Below, one piece after another: positions 1 through 12,458 of a DNA stretch of 49,781 nt. The stretch lies in contig NC_068985.1 in NCBI RefSeq assembly GCF_001194135.2, forward strand, positions 64,816,610 to 64,866,390, written 5' to 3'. The notes under the pieces are model-generated. The model was given only the letters and a program-made list of their open reading frames with translations, was not told where the DNA came from and made no database searches. The position numbers were made by a program, and so were the translations under genes. The stretch comes from Octopus bimaculoides. Taxonomy: Eukaryota. Within the stretch, counting starts at the first letter, position 1; the number at the start of each line of letters is the position of its first letter.

Positions 1-437
1 TCTGGGCTCTTTTCAGAGTTATACCCTGTTCGAAATTTGCATTAGTCTTTGTATGAAAAAAAAGGAAGGGAGGGGTTCTTGTTTGTAGTTTGTAGAGAAA
101 ACGTTAAATGTACCTGAAGAAAAAACATGATCTTCCCCTCCGCTAATTAAAAGACATGAAGAGCTATGAAAGACAGTGAATAAGTACCGGAAGTAGAGGG
201 AAATAAGAGAGAGCTAACAGTTAGTCATTCTAGAACTCCCAGAATAAAAATGTAAACACCTGAAAGACTTTCCCTCTATTCATTACTAAATGTCTTCCCC
301 TCTTCTTCATTGTTAAAAGTAAAGAAGCTAGACAAGATCAATCATATCTCTGTCTAATTGTCATTGTAAATGACTGAGGCTTTCCTTTCTCTGTTCCTAT
401 CACTTCACTCCTTTTCTCTACGGTTAAGAGAGTGAAG

Positions 438-552
438 GTACATGGCTCAGTGGTTAGGGGTATTTGGCCCACGATCATAAAGTCATGAGTACGATTCTCT
501 ACAGCATGCTGTGTTTTTTAGCAAGGTACTGTACATTGCCTTGCTGCAGCTT
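438..552 (+). mobile_element. Truncated tRNA-headed SINE (same family as 35783-36068)
   Basis: A-box-like head ggtacatggctcagtggttag, followed by a degenerate core (tgtgttttttagcaaggtactgtacattgccttgctgcag) that aligns to the core of the SINE at 35783. Confidence 0.6.
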
Positions 553-1000
553 CCCACACCCTACTTTCCCAGAATTCCCATCCAGAGGTCATTAGCTTGT
601 CTGACCCTGGTGTTGAAATTTTCCAACATGAAGAGTTTGTCTCTTCTTGGCACAACCTGGAAATTGGAGTAGAAAAAATCCTTAATCTCATCCCCAGAAC
701 CAAGCTGAAATCAACATAAAGATACAGCTATTGAGAAGGGGTGGAACATGAGCTGTTGACTGATATAAGTAGTAACCAGATTGTATTGTTCACCAGGGAG
801 GTTTTCATTGCAAAGCCAACACTGGATTCACTGATTTGTAAGATGTTTGCACCACCTTTTCTAGGGGATTTCCCATATGGGGTGGACTGTGATGATCCTG
901 AATAGGCCATCTCAGTCACATCCTACAGCTACCAAACAGCCACAACACCACATTTAACGGATAGGACAATCTTTATGTGAGAGTTGCCAGCATGTGGCTC
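553..1000 (-). pseudogene. Degenerate RTE/BovB-type LINE APE endonuclease fragment
   Basis: Minus-strand frames give SVGFAMKTSLVN and FYSNFQVVPRRDKLFMLENFNTRVRQANDLWMGILGK, matching the RTE APE motifs GVGFAIK and DKLxxLGDFNARVG...WxGILG. Frameshifted. Confidence 0.6.
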
Positions 1001-1369
1001 TAGACTAAAGGTTTCCAGCTGATCAAGCCTGCTCTCATCACCCAGTTTACCATCACTACTAAACTTATGGAAAGGAGCAGAGAGGCTTGTTGTTCAAACC
1101 AGAGATGGCCTTCATGTGATTTTGTTTAGGGTGGACCATGTGTTATGATCACAAGGCCTATGCACTTGGCCAGCAGTACCATTGGTATTGGTAACATGAA
1201 TGATCTGGTTAGAGTGGTTGCAGTGGGCTGCTGGATGTCTCTGACATAATCGAGGTCCACCTTGTCTGGTCCAGCCTATATAGAAGGAGACTGATATAGA
1301 ACTATATTTCTATACTTAGAGCAGCTATAAAGGAGTCTTTATAAAGGAGTTTAATTTTCTATTTGTGCC

Positions 1370-2075
1370 ATTTTGTAGAACTCTACATCATCTCCCTTGA
1401 AATCAGTTAAAATTTGCTGCTATTCTTGAAGCAGATCTGCAAATTGTTAAGAAATGGGGCAAGAAGTGGCTAATTACTTTCAACCCTGGCAAGACCAAAC
1501 TCATGTCTTTCAGTAGAAAGCAGGATCCCTATCTTCCTCTCATTTGCATGAGTTATAGGTCTGAGGTATCATATGGTGTGACAGTCAAACCACTTGAAGA
1601 AAAGTCTTCTTTGAAATTACTCAGTCTTACTTTCTCATCTAATCTTTCTTAGGATCTTTATGTATAGTCAATTGGTGGGCCTGCTTCCTGTAAGTTTGGA
1701 TTATTGTATAGGTCAAAGGATTACCAAGACCATTTTGTATCTTACAAGTCCATAAGTTGTCCTTGTATGGAATATTGTTGTCACATTTGGGCAGGTGCTT
1801 CATCTTGTCATTTGGACATGACGGAGCCAGTCTGAGTCCTTTCTATCATTATTACCACAGGAAGTACTCTGACAGACTCTCTCTTTTCATTCCATCTTGC
1901 CTGACTCAAAACTCACAGCAACTTCAGCCAAATGTTGTACTTTCATGAATTAAGGAAGTCTTTCTATAATCATGGCTTTTTCCCTCGAACTGTCAGACTT
2001 TGGAACTCTTTTTATTTTCATTATTTTCTCATAACCTGAACTCTTTCAAGTCTAAAATAAATCCATTCCTTTCAT
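1370..2075 (+). mobile_element. CR1/L2-group LINE 3' end (RT C-terminus), degenerate
   Basis: Translates to LEADLQIVKKWGKKWLITFNPGKTKLMSFSRK ... PCMEYCCHIWAGAS ... FFPRTVRLWNS, characteristic post-RT motifs of CR1-group ORF2, with stops and frameshifts. Confidence 0.75.
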
Positions 2076-3220
2076 CTTAATTTCTCCTTCTTCATAGTAC
2101 CTTACACTAAGTGGCTTCTCATCAAGTTAGCTTGTTCATAAATCCCAATTTTATTTCACACAGAAAATCTTTCAAAACCGATCTCATAGTGATACTACTA
2201 TGTAATTGTTTCTTTTATAGAAGCCAATTGTATTTACTTGGTTTTCTTGTAATGACATTTGTAAATTATCAGCTGTTCTGGAATGTTCAGATTGTTTTAG
2301 TCCTTCTTTGCTTTGTTGGGTTTAAAAAGTGTTTTGGACTCATAGTGAATTTTATGCTTATGTTTTTTTGCTACTAGATGGGCACTTTTTTGTTTCTTTT
2401 TTTCCCTTTGGGTTAATTTTTTGTCAATGCAGCATCACATGTCTTATGACATACTCTTGTAATGATTAACTAGAGTTTGGCATAAATTTACTATTTTTTA
2501 GACAGTAGTTAATCACATCACTTTCACTCTGGAAGTTTTGATCATGCTAATCATGTGAATTGCATTTTGTAAAGCACATTAGGTAGGGAAAAGAATTCAA
2601 TGAAATATGAGGACATTAGCAGAATATATCAGTCTGAGTTTCAGCAATCATTGCACATGATCTGAATTAAATAGACCATCATAGGACCCACCAGATTACT
2701 GTGATAAAGGTAAGAGCAAATCTCTAATGAAAGAGAGAAAAAATACAATGGGAATTTTATGCATAGTATTAGTAATTGGTAATGATTTTAACTCTTTTAA
2801 AATTTTCTGATAGGTATTTAGTATTCCTTCTGTATGATTTGACTTATTGTGTGGCAAAATTTCTGCAGTGCTTCAACTCTGTAACCCTTTACACATGTTA
2901 ATATTCTCAGCTCATAGGTAAAAGGGCCAGGTTGCAGGCTTTTTGAAAATGTGTCAAATTTTAGTATACTTTTCAGTTGTTATATTTGAGTGTTAGTTAT
3001 TTAGAAAGTATTAAAATGTGGTCATATTTTATATAGAATTTGCTTTATTATAATAAAATCTTGCAATTTTACATCACATTTTTACCAAAGAATTTATTCA
3101 ATGAGACAGTGTATTCTGCACATCAGTCATTAAAAACATTTAGTTTCTGCATGACTCAAACTATCCAGCAATGTCAATTGGTTTAGCATGAATGAGCATG
3201 ATATAGGAAAATCTATATAT

Positions 3221-3661
3221 CAATAGTGATTGTTTTTGTTGTCTATATTTGATAAAAAATATATTGTTTTAATGCATTTACTGTAATATTACAGCTGTTA
3301 TGCTAATTCTATATTTTGTGTGTCCTCACTATTAATACAGGACCAAAATGAAATGATCAAAATCATGCTGTTTGTTGTACTAATTCTGTTAACAACTTTG
3401 TGAGCACCTTTTAAAAACTTGCATGTATAAATGATTAAATCATAAGGCAATGTCATCAATAAAATGTAAGCTGTTTGTATCTTCATTTCACTTACTTTTT
3501 TACAATGTGTTTTTCACAAAAACATCTGCTATTAGTAGAGCTAATGTAAAACTATTTTGGCACCAGAATCTGTTTTCACACAGATTATGATGAATTTTTG
3601 AAAAACTACTTATGTACTGTTGTAAATCACAAGTATGATATAGTAAAATGCCTTCTTAAAG
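3221..3661. repeat. Unclassified dispersed repeat, copy A (inverted homolog of 21041-21474)
   Basis: Colinear match, roughly 80% by eye, to the reverse complement of 21041-21474, from caatagtgattgtttttgttgtctatatttg to gtaaaatgccttcttaaag. Confidence 0.85.
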
Positions 3662-3949
3662 AATATGTAAAATGGATGTCATAAAATTCCTTCTTAAATT
3701 GAATTTCATTAATTGAATTGTGGGTTTAGTCATAAATTACTTAAAAATAAATAAATCTCTGATAGTTGTACTAAGTTATAGGCTTTCTATCTTATGAAAT
3801 TGTTCATTGTTATAAGCACAGAGGACTATCAGAAAGTTGTACAAGGTGTCATTGCATTATCATGATAAAAATTTCATACAAATAATGTGCAGCTGCCTTA
3901 TGTAACAATTGGCAATGAGGATGATCACTGGGAAACATATGAATCGTGC

Positions 3950-4700
3950 TAATATGAAAGAAGACGAAGAACTGCCGAATATAGTTAGAATCAAAACTTA
4001 TGTGTGAGGACATTTTAAACTTTTTAAAAAAGTGTTTCTTTTAACCTGTGGAGTTGTAATGAAAGAAGAATAAATAAATAAAAATAATATTAACTTTGAA
4101 TGGAAGTCAGTCTCAAAGGGGAAGATGTGGCCAGAGTCATTGGCACCCCTGGGGGATTGGAAGAATGGACTAGCCAAACTCTTATAAAGAGTAAAGATCG
4201 GTAGTAGTCAGGGAGAGTGTTTTGGTAGTCTCGCAAAGTACATTGTGTGAACACATTGATTAACCCTCCGCTGCATAATTTATCTATACCCACCTGTGCC
4301 AGGATATAAAAGTAGCGACATAGGACATTTAAATTTGTTTTTGGTATGAAACTATAAGAAAATCATTAACATGGAAAAAAGAAAAGAGCTATCCATGGAA
4401 GTGTTCTGATACCTTTGATGTTCCAGTCGGAGCAGCACAAGAAAGAGGAAGCGAACAGAACAGTTGGACGTAGTGCCAAAACAGAAGAAATATTAAACTT
4501 CCCTAGGACGAAAATCTCAAAAAGGTAGATGTGATGAAAGGAAAATAAATAAATAAAAATAATAATATTAACTTCCAATGGAAATCAATCTCAAAGGGAG
4601 AGATGTTGTAGTCAAAGGGAGAGATGTTGTAGTCAGAGTAATTTATCTATACCCACCTGTGGCAAGATGTAAAAGGAGTTGAGGCTATAACAAAGATCAA
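3950..4700 (+). repeat. Degenerate local tandem duplication, possibly a Tx1/L1-like LINE 3' fragment
   Basis: ~4056-4137 resembles ~4531-4638 (gaaag..aataaataaataaaaataatattaact..aatggaa..tctcaaaggg). An exact 22-mer is at 4277-4298 and 4640-4661, and a 21-bp unit is tandem at 4591-4632. Weak translation similarity (VRESVW..., EKRKELSMEVF) to Tx1 ORF2 C-termini. Confidence 0.4.
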
Positions 4701-5224
4701 ATCTGTTCTTTTCCCTGTAAATCTTCAACAGCTAATCAAACCCAAAGAAATCCTGTTAATTGTAGATAGGCTCGAATTACTGAACTTGAAGCAACTTGAT
4801 AATGAATCAGTCAATGACTTATTTTTTTATTAATTCTCAGGCCCCCTGTCATTTGAATAAAATCGAAGAAAATTTCGAAGAAATAAACTCATTGTTTTTA
4901 ATGAGTAAAGTTAAGAAATTTAGATCAGTTAAAGGGCCATTCTAATGTGAAATACACTGAAGTAGCTCTTCACCAGTATCAACAAATTCCAACATTGATA
5001 GAAAGCTCTTTAGCAGAGTAGCACTTATAATGTGGAGAAATGTGGAAATTGTAAGGAGGAAGTGTAAATATTTGACAAGTTTTCTCTTAATCTTACTTCT
5101 TTCGTTCATTGAACTGTGGCCATACTGGGGCATCACCTCAATGGTTTTAGTGAATCAAATTGACTTTGGTTCCTAATTTTAAATTTGGTACTTATTTTAT
5201 CATCTTCCTTTTGCTAAACAGCTA

Positions 5225-5419
5225 AACAATGAAGTTGTAAACAAATACACAGGAATGCACACAACAAGCTTCTACACTTTCCATCTACCAAATTCACTCA
5301 CAATGTAGTAGTTGACTTGTGACCATAATGGAAGACACTTGTCTAAGGTACCATGTTGTGGGACTGAACCTAAAACCATGTAATTGTGAAGCAAACTTCT
5401 TAATCACACAGCCATGCCT
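5225..5419 (-). mobile_element. tRNA-headed CORE-like SINE inserted in gypsy gag
   Basis: Reverse complement reads aggcatggctgtgtgattaagaagtttgcttc...ggtaccttagacaagtgtcttcc...gtgagtgaatttggtagatggaaa. Same family as 12235 and 16355. Confidence 0.8.
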
Positions 5420-5525
5420 TCAAATTGTTACAAATGTAGAAAAGTAGGATATTTTGCAAACTTTTGCCAATTGAAGTTTTGTCATAATGTTAATGAGGTT
5501 TTAAGTGATGCTGATTCTACTAATT

Positions 5526-8500
5526 CATCATCATCATCATCATCATCATCGTTTAACGTCCACTTTCCATGCTAGTATGGGTTGGGCGATTTGACTAAGG
5601 ACTGGTGAACCAGATGGCTACACCAGGCTCCAAACTGATTTGGCAGAGTTTCTACAGCTTGATTCCCTTCCTAACGCCAACCACTCCAAGAGTGTAGTGG
5701 GTGCTTTTATGTGCCACTGGCACGAAGGCCAGTCAGGCAGTACTGGCAACGGCCACACTCAAAATGGTGTATTTTATGTGCCACCTGCACAGGAGCCAGT
5801 CCAGCGGCACTGGCAATGATCTCGCTCGAATGTCTTTACACGTGCTACCGGCACAAGTGCCAAGGAGGCGACGCTGGGCACAGGTGCCATCACGATTTCG
5901 CTTTTGCTTGCCCCAACAGGTCTTCGCAAGCCAAGTTCCGTGTCCATTGAAGGAGACGACGTTGGCATGGGTGCCAGTCGTCGAATTTAGTTCGATTTCA
6001 ATTGCACTTGCCTCAACAGGTCTTCGCAAACAGAGTTTAGTGTCCAATGAAGGAAGGTATGCATAAGTGGGCTGGCTACACCCCTGACAGAGGCCTTGGA
6101 TTTAGGTCTCACTTGGTTTGCTGGGTCTTCTCACGCACAGCATATTTCCAAAGGTCTTGGTCAGAAGTCATCGCCTTGGTGAGGCCCAATGTTCGAAGGT
6201 TGCCTCACCACCTAATCCCAGGTCTTCCTGGGCCTACCTCTTCCACAGGTTCCCTCAACTGCTAGGGTGTGGCACTGTTTCACACAGCTATCCTCATCCA
6301 TTCTTGCCACATGACCATTCCAGCGCAATCGTCTCTCTTGCACACCACAACTGAAGCTTCTTAGGTTCAACTTTTCTCTCAAGGTACTTACACTCTGTCG
6401 AGTATGTACACTGACATTACATATCCATCGGCGCATACTGGCTTTATTCCTTGCAAGCTTATGCATGTCCTCAGCAGTCACGGCCCATGTTTCACTACCA
6501 TGAAGCATGGCTGTTCATACACATGCATCATACAGTCTGCCTTTTACTCTGAATGAGAGGCCCCTTATCACCAGCAGAAGTAAGAGCTCTCTGAACTTTG
6601 CTCAGGCTATTCTTATTCTAGCAGCTACACTTTCAGCGCGCCCTCCCCCACTACTAACTTGGTCACCTAGATAGCAGAGGCTATCAACTTAGTCTAGTTT
6701 TTCTCCTTGAAATGTGGCCAAAGTTCTTCTCTGCACATTTTCAGTGTTTATTGTTCCTGAACATCTGCCACATACAAAAACTAACTTCCTAGTTAACCTT
6801 CCTTTGATATTGCTGCTCCTCTTATGTATCCATAGCTTGCACTGGGTACATCTTACAGAGTTTCTACCTATGCCTTTTCTACAGATCGAGGAGGGCCATC
6901 CACCGGAAGGGGTTTGTGTTTTGTCTACCTTCCTACTTATTAGGACTTTGGTTTTAGCTAGGTTGACTCTAAGGCACTTTGATTCTAGNNNNNNNNNNAC
7001 TTTGGTTTTAGCTAGGTTGACTCTAAGGCACTTTGATTCTAGTCCTTGCTTCCACACCTGAAACTTCTCCTCTAATTCTGATAGTAACTCAGCAATTCTA
7101 CCCAGAATTCTTGACTGTACTCGTCGCCAACCCTCACCTTACTGACAGCGTCTCTGTACATGGCTCGCACAGCTCTCACTAACCATTCTTCTATCCCTAG
7201 TTTCCTCATTGACCACCAGATAAGGGATCGGGGGACCCTGCCAAAAGCTTTCTCCATGTCAACGAAAGCCAGGTACAGAGGTTTATCTTTGGCTAGGTAT
7301 TTCTCCTGAAGCTGTCTTACCAGAAATATAGCATCAGTGGTGCTTTTCCCTGGCATGAACCCAAACTGCATCTCATCTACACTAACTCTTTCTCTAATTA
7401 GTTGAGCTATGGCCCTCTCCGTGACTTTCATTACCTGATCTAACAATTTAATACCTCTAATTATTTATATCTAAAGCGTCACCTTTACCTTTGTAGCAGC
7501 TGACTATGGTGCTGCTACACCAGTCATTGAGTATGACTCCTTCATGTATCACCTGATTAACAATACAGATGACTAGGCTATAGCCGACACTGCCAGATAT
7601 TTTGAGCATCTCTGCAGTGATTCCTGATGGGCCGGGGGCTTTCCCTGTCTTCATACTCTTAATAGCTTTATCTACTATGGTACTGTCAACTCGAATCGCT
7701 GGTCCCTCTGTTGGGTCGACATTCGGCAGACTCTCTTCCTCCCATTCATTCTCTTTATTGAGCAACCTTTCGTAGTGGCGTCTCCAAACCTCTTTCTTTT
7801 AGCCTCGTTTAGTGCAAGCATACCATCATCCATGCGAACACATTTCTCTCCCATGACATCACGATTCTCTCTTACACACTGTCTTGCAACACAAAATACC
7901 TCAAGTCTTTGGTCCTCACAGCGCAGAACATTGGCAAATTTTTTCTTATCTGCTTCCCCTCTGGCTAAATAAACCTGTCTCCTAGCTTCCTTTCTGGTAG
8001 TCTGATACAATTCCCTGCTACCACCGTTCTTCCAGTCCTTGCAAGCCTGTTTCTTTTGTCTCAATAGCCCTGTCAACAACATTGTTCCACCACCACATTA
8101 TTTTGGGTCAAGAGGGGACTTTACACCATCCACAGATCTGATCAGTGGCCCTCAGCAGGTTGTCCCATAGAAATGTCCAGTTGCCTTCTATATCGTGTGA
8201 AGCTACATCCCCTTCTATTTCGTCAAAGGCTTCGAGTAATAAGTCACTAAATCTCTGTCCATTTGCAGGATCTTTGAGATTCCAGACCCTTCTCCGCCAA
8301 GCTGGTTGTCTTCTGGGCAACCACTTAGCCCTGATCCTGAAGTCACTAACTACTATGTGGTGGGGTACATTCTTCGCCTGGGAAGGTTTTGGCATTTATA
8401 AGCAGCCATCTTTCCCTTTTTCTGGCGAGGATGTAGTCAATTTGGCGAGTGTGTCTGCCAGAATGGTAGGTGACTAGGTGACTGGCAGGTTTCCTGAAGT

Positions 8501-8772
8501 TAGTATTGCAAACCATAAGGTCATTTGCATCACAGAACTCCATCAGCCTGGTTCCCTCCTCATTGCGGGAACCAAAACCATAGCCTCCATGTACACCATA
8601 GAAGCCCCTTGAATGTTGTCCTACATGACCATTAAAGTCACCAGCCACAAAGAGAAGGTCCCTGTCATTCATTGACGAGGTAGTCTGCAGGAGGGCGTCA
8701 TAAAATCAGTCTTTCTGTCCATCGGGTAGCCTGGGCTTGAGGGGCATAGGCCAAGATAATGGTTGCTAACCC
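5526..8772 (-). mobile_element. 5'-truncated RTE-clade LINE (subfamily A, PHD-bearing): APE, RT, 3'UTR and (GAT)n tail
   Basis: APE AGDFNGHVG/QIDYIL (8346-8672); RT APGPSGIT, QFGFMPGKSTTDAIF, FVDMEKAF (7072-7765); C-terminal LHGSETWAV..RRLRW..GRGRPRKTW (6212-6508); (TCA)n tail at 5526-5549; candidate TSD ctaatt at 5520-5525 and 8773-8778. YADD region deleted at ~7096. Confidence 0.95.
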
Positions 8773-11479
8773 CTAATTGTCGTAAACAAATGCTAAAAAT
8801 AAATAACAATTGTGTAGATAACTCAAGATTTCACAAAAGCAATAGAAATTTTGATTTAAAAGTGAATGCTAGGGTGTCATGAGCAGTAATCATATTTTCA
8901 ATTGCTTCATTTCACGATATATAAAGATTTTTCTACATAGTGATGAATGTTGATATATTGGAGGTTAGCTGGTGTAGTATTCATGTTTTGCTGACAGCCA
9001 GGTTGTCAAAAGAAAATCAGCTAAAATTATTTGCATAGCAAGTTCTGGTGGTCTTTTGGTGATAGTATCTGTTAGATTTAGTCTAAGAATTTTATTTGCG
9101 GTCATGCTTTATCACTATGATTCTATCTATTACTTTCAAGTGTTTTTACTTGTCAATTGCACCTTGTTTCCCAGTATCAGCTTGCTGTTTCCTGACTGCT
9201 GACCCAATCAAGTTTGTTTCTGTGTTCCTCCAACTCTGATCCATTACCTGTAGTTTGCTAATTTTTTAATTAGCATAATCAAAGCTTGACTGAAAACAAC
9301 TTTTGATTTGTTAGAAATTCTGCTGCCATCAGTCAAAGAGTACAATGTATAGTTGTTGAGCATTGCTGGTTACACTTTTCTTGATGTTGTCACATCCACA
9401 AGTTGTTGTGTCCAGGTTCCAAAAATTCCTACAAAACGATAAGATTTTTGCTGACATGCCAAAATCCTGGTTACAACACTGTTGGGAAACCAAAAGTTCC
9501 AAGTTTGAATTGCAGTATAGATCTGCTACAGCCCTTTCACTTTGGGATTGACCATAAAAGATATAATTAAGAACAGTTCAGATGAGCTTGAAAAGGTTAA
9601 TGGTTTTCAAGCTTGTATTGACTTGTCACGATACAAACTATTGTGTGATTAATTCAATAAGACATATTCCATTTCATTTAGATAATGAAGTTAATGATAA
9701 GTTGCAAAGATTAGAAATGATAGGTGTTATATCATCAGATTACTCTCTTGTCAGGTCCCTCTGAAAAAAAAGAGATGAGTCTCTTTATAAGAGCACTGAT
9801 TACAAGCCACATTTAAATTCACATATTAATTTTTCATGCTATCAATTGATATGATTTTTTGTGGCATGACACAACATTTTTCTCAACACTTGATTCACAG
9901 CAAACATATCAGCAAATATGGTTAGCTAAATATCCAGTGTATTTGTGTTATTAATACAACCAATAATCAGTACTTGATGAACAGATTTCAAATGGGTTTT
10001 CAGAACTGTATGGAAGCTGTAATAAAAGGGATCAAAGGAGTCAGAGTATATCCTCATCTGTGCTACCACTGAATCAAAGTTAAGGAGCAGAGAGAATGTA
10101 GTTGTTGCTACATTAACTAAGGCAAAATTCTCAGTCAATAAAGAAAAGTCATTCTCCTAAAGAACAAGTCTGATTTCTCTGGGCTTGAATATATGTGAAA
10201 AGGGGATTACTCTTGAAAAATATACAGGCTCTGAAATCAAAATAAAGGGAATGGTCTTTTAGAATTCTTATCATTCGTCTTACCGAAGCATAAATTTTAT
10301 AGCTATTTTCAGTATGCTCACACTCATACTGTGAATGTATCAAAACTTGCAATAACTAGAGTTATCTCAGGAAGGATGGCCTTAGCTTTTACAAGTTACA
10401 CCTTTCCCCAGTCACAATGGAATTAATCAAATGATGACAGGTAGGCTTATGGAGTAGTATTGTGTGTATATAGATTGCAACACTTTCTCTTAGGAAAGCA
10501 ATCATTAAGGATCTAGATATGTTTCAACAAGCTTCACCAAATATACCTAAATGGCTTAATTCTTTCATAACATTATTTCAACATTAATCATATTATTAGA
10601 AAGAATATTTCAGATTTTGGTGCACTTTCATGTTTGACACATAACAGCAATAAGAATTGTCATATAATTTTCTTAGCTTCATCTTTGAAGAAATATACTA
10701 ATCATTGAAAACATTCTCAAACAATTGAATACTTATAGATTTAAAAAAAAAAAAAACAGGAAGAAAGACTAATGCCGTAAAGTATTCCAACAATATTTGG
10801 AATCACTTTCAAATTTGCGGCTTTCATTTGCTAAAGAGGAATCTTTTAATCTGTGAGAACAGTTTGATGAACATCTTATAGAGCCACAGTATTAGCTAGA
10901 ATACATGGCACTTATATGAGTAGTCGGTAAATGATTAAAAAAGTACAACTCTGTTTGGTGGTCAGGTGTGGTTCCATCGGAAAAACTTTTTAAATTCTCT
11001 GATAATTATCAAAAGTTAAGACTGCATCTAATAAAAGTTAATGATACATTGTCAGTTTGTGGACCTTGGAAGTGTGTTCAAATGGATTGAGCATATGTTC
11101 TGAATATTGGCAACATTTCAATCATTGTTTATTTATACTCAACATAAATTGAAACATTTTGTGTACCCACATCATACAACTGCAGTAGTGCAGAGCAAGT
11201 TGATTGAAGTCTGCTCTTTTCTGTCAAATTAGGATAAGGGCATCATATCTGAGGAAAGATCACCATGTAACAGAGTAGCTTATGCAGTAAATATTGTTCA
11301 CTGTTCTTCATAGCTTTTGCTATTTTATGTACAAGATGTCAGTGAGAAAATTATTCAATAAGAAATGTAGAATTTGTTTATTTTAATAAATTTTACATTG
11401 TTTATGATATTAATTTTTGTACATTGTTATTCTTAAGATCTTTCTTATCACCCTTTTTGTACAGTAGGATCGTATTTGA

Positions 11480-11705
11480 CTCCTTCCATTACGAAGGTAT
11501 TGATTCTTCCTCTAGGTAGTGGTTGAAGCATAAAGCAAGGATTTTCCATAGCTGCTCTCCATCATCCTGCAGCATTTCAGATGTTATACCATCCTTGCCC
11601 GGTACTTTTCCTTTGTTCATCAGCTTGAGGGCTCTCTTGATTTCACTGATCAGAATAGATGGTACTTTCTCTCCTTCACTTTCCATCAAAGACATCCAAT
11701 GTCTT
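11480..11705 (-). pseudogene. Isolated RTE/BovB-type RT N-terminal fragment
   Basis: VPSILISEIKRALKLMNKGKVPGKDGITSEMLQDDGEQLWKILALCFNHYLEEESIP matches the non-LTR RT domain-0 motif (KxPGxDGITxE). Confidence 0.75.
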
Positions 11706-12234
11706 TGATTTAAAAAAAAAAAATGTTTATTTAACATTCAGAAACAATTGCAAGAAAGAAATATTTACAATTCTTTCCAATCTGCAGATGCATTCACATA
11801 TACACCCTCTCACATGCATACACACACATGTTCTAGATGATTACTGATCAATAATACATTTGATTTATGAGAACATCTCTTAAAGCTCAATCAGTATCTA
11901 TACAGACTGATTTGAAGTGTATGTTGAACATTAATTCATCTATTTGTTATATTTTCATAGCTTGAACAACTAATAATTGGTGTAAGTATGATTTACTTCT
12001 TAATGCAATATTTCTGTGTTTAATTCTATAATTTTTATTTTCATTTATTTTCTCTTTACATTATTTTTTTTTTGTTGATATTTATAATTAATAAAGCTCT
12101 TTCACTAACTTTCTGTTTACATTTTTCTCTCACTAACTACCTCTTTGTCTTTCTTGTGCCAGCTTTCTCATAGCTGGTTTCTGAAGATAATTACATACAA
12201 TTTTAGTAGCTGCAGCACTCATATTCCAAGAAGT

Positions 12235-12458
12235 TTGTATGGCTGGTTAAAAAGTAAATTTTGCAATCATGTAGTTCTGGATTCAATCCTCACTCCACAT
12301 CACCTTGGGAAAGTATCTGCTATTGTAGCTTCAGCTTGGCCAATGCCTTGTGAGTGAAATTCCATTGATGGAAACTGTGCTGAGGACACACACGTATGCA
12401 CACACGTACACATACACGTACACACATGCGTGCGCATGCGCACACACACACACACACA
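12235..12458 (+). mobile_element. Degenerate tRNA-headed SINE ending in a (CA)n-rich tract
   Basis: gtagttctggattcaatcc..caccttgggaaagtatctgctattgtagc..gccttgtgagtgaaatt..gatggaaactg followed by a CA repeat. Homologous to 16355-16540. Confidence 0.7.

Larger units (their letters stand above)
4705..11330 (+). mobile_element. Heavily degenerate Ty3/gypsy LTR retrotransposon (gag-pol), interrupted by a SINE and an RTE LINE
   Basis: Ordered motifs: gag LQQLIKPKE..DRLELLNLKQLDNESVND (~4710-4820); zinc knuckle CYKCRKVGYFANFC (5426-5467); RT RHIPFHLDNEVNDKLQRLEMIGVI and FQNCMEAVIKGIKGVRVY (9660-10050); RNase H-like segment (~10380-10500); integrase VWWSGV and GPWKCVQMD (10950-11150). LTRs not identified. 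Confidence 0.7.

Noticed and set aside
2680-2715. Possible small exon ending at AG|GTAAGA
   Set aside because: The donor is good, but there is no pyrimidine tract at the upstream AGs and no recognisable peptide.
5701-6066. Several overlapping 64-121 aa ORFs
   Set aside because: They lie in the GC-richer RTE 3'UTR, and frames are not preserved between copies.
6945-7042. Exact 44-bp direct repeat inside the RTE RT
   Set aside because: The copies (6945-6988, 6999-7042) flank a 10-N gap and are identical: a scaffolding overlap artefact.
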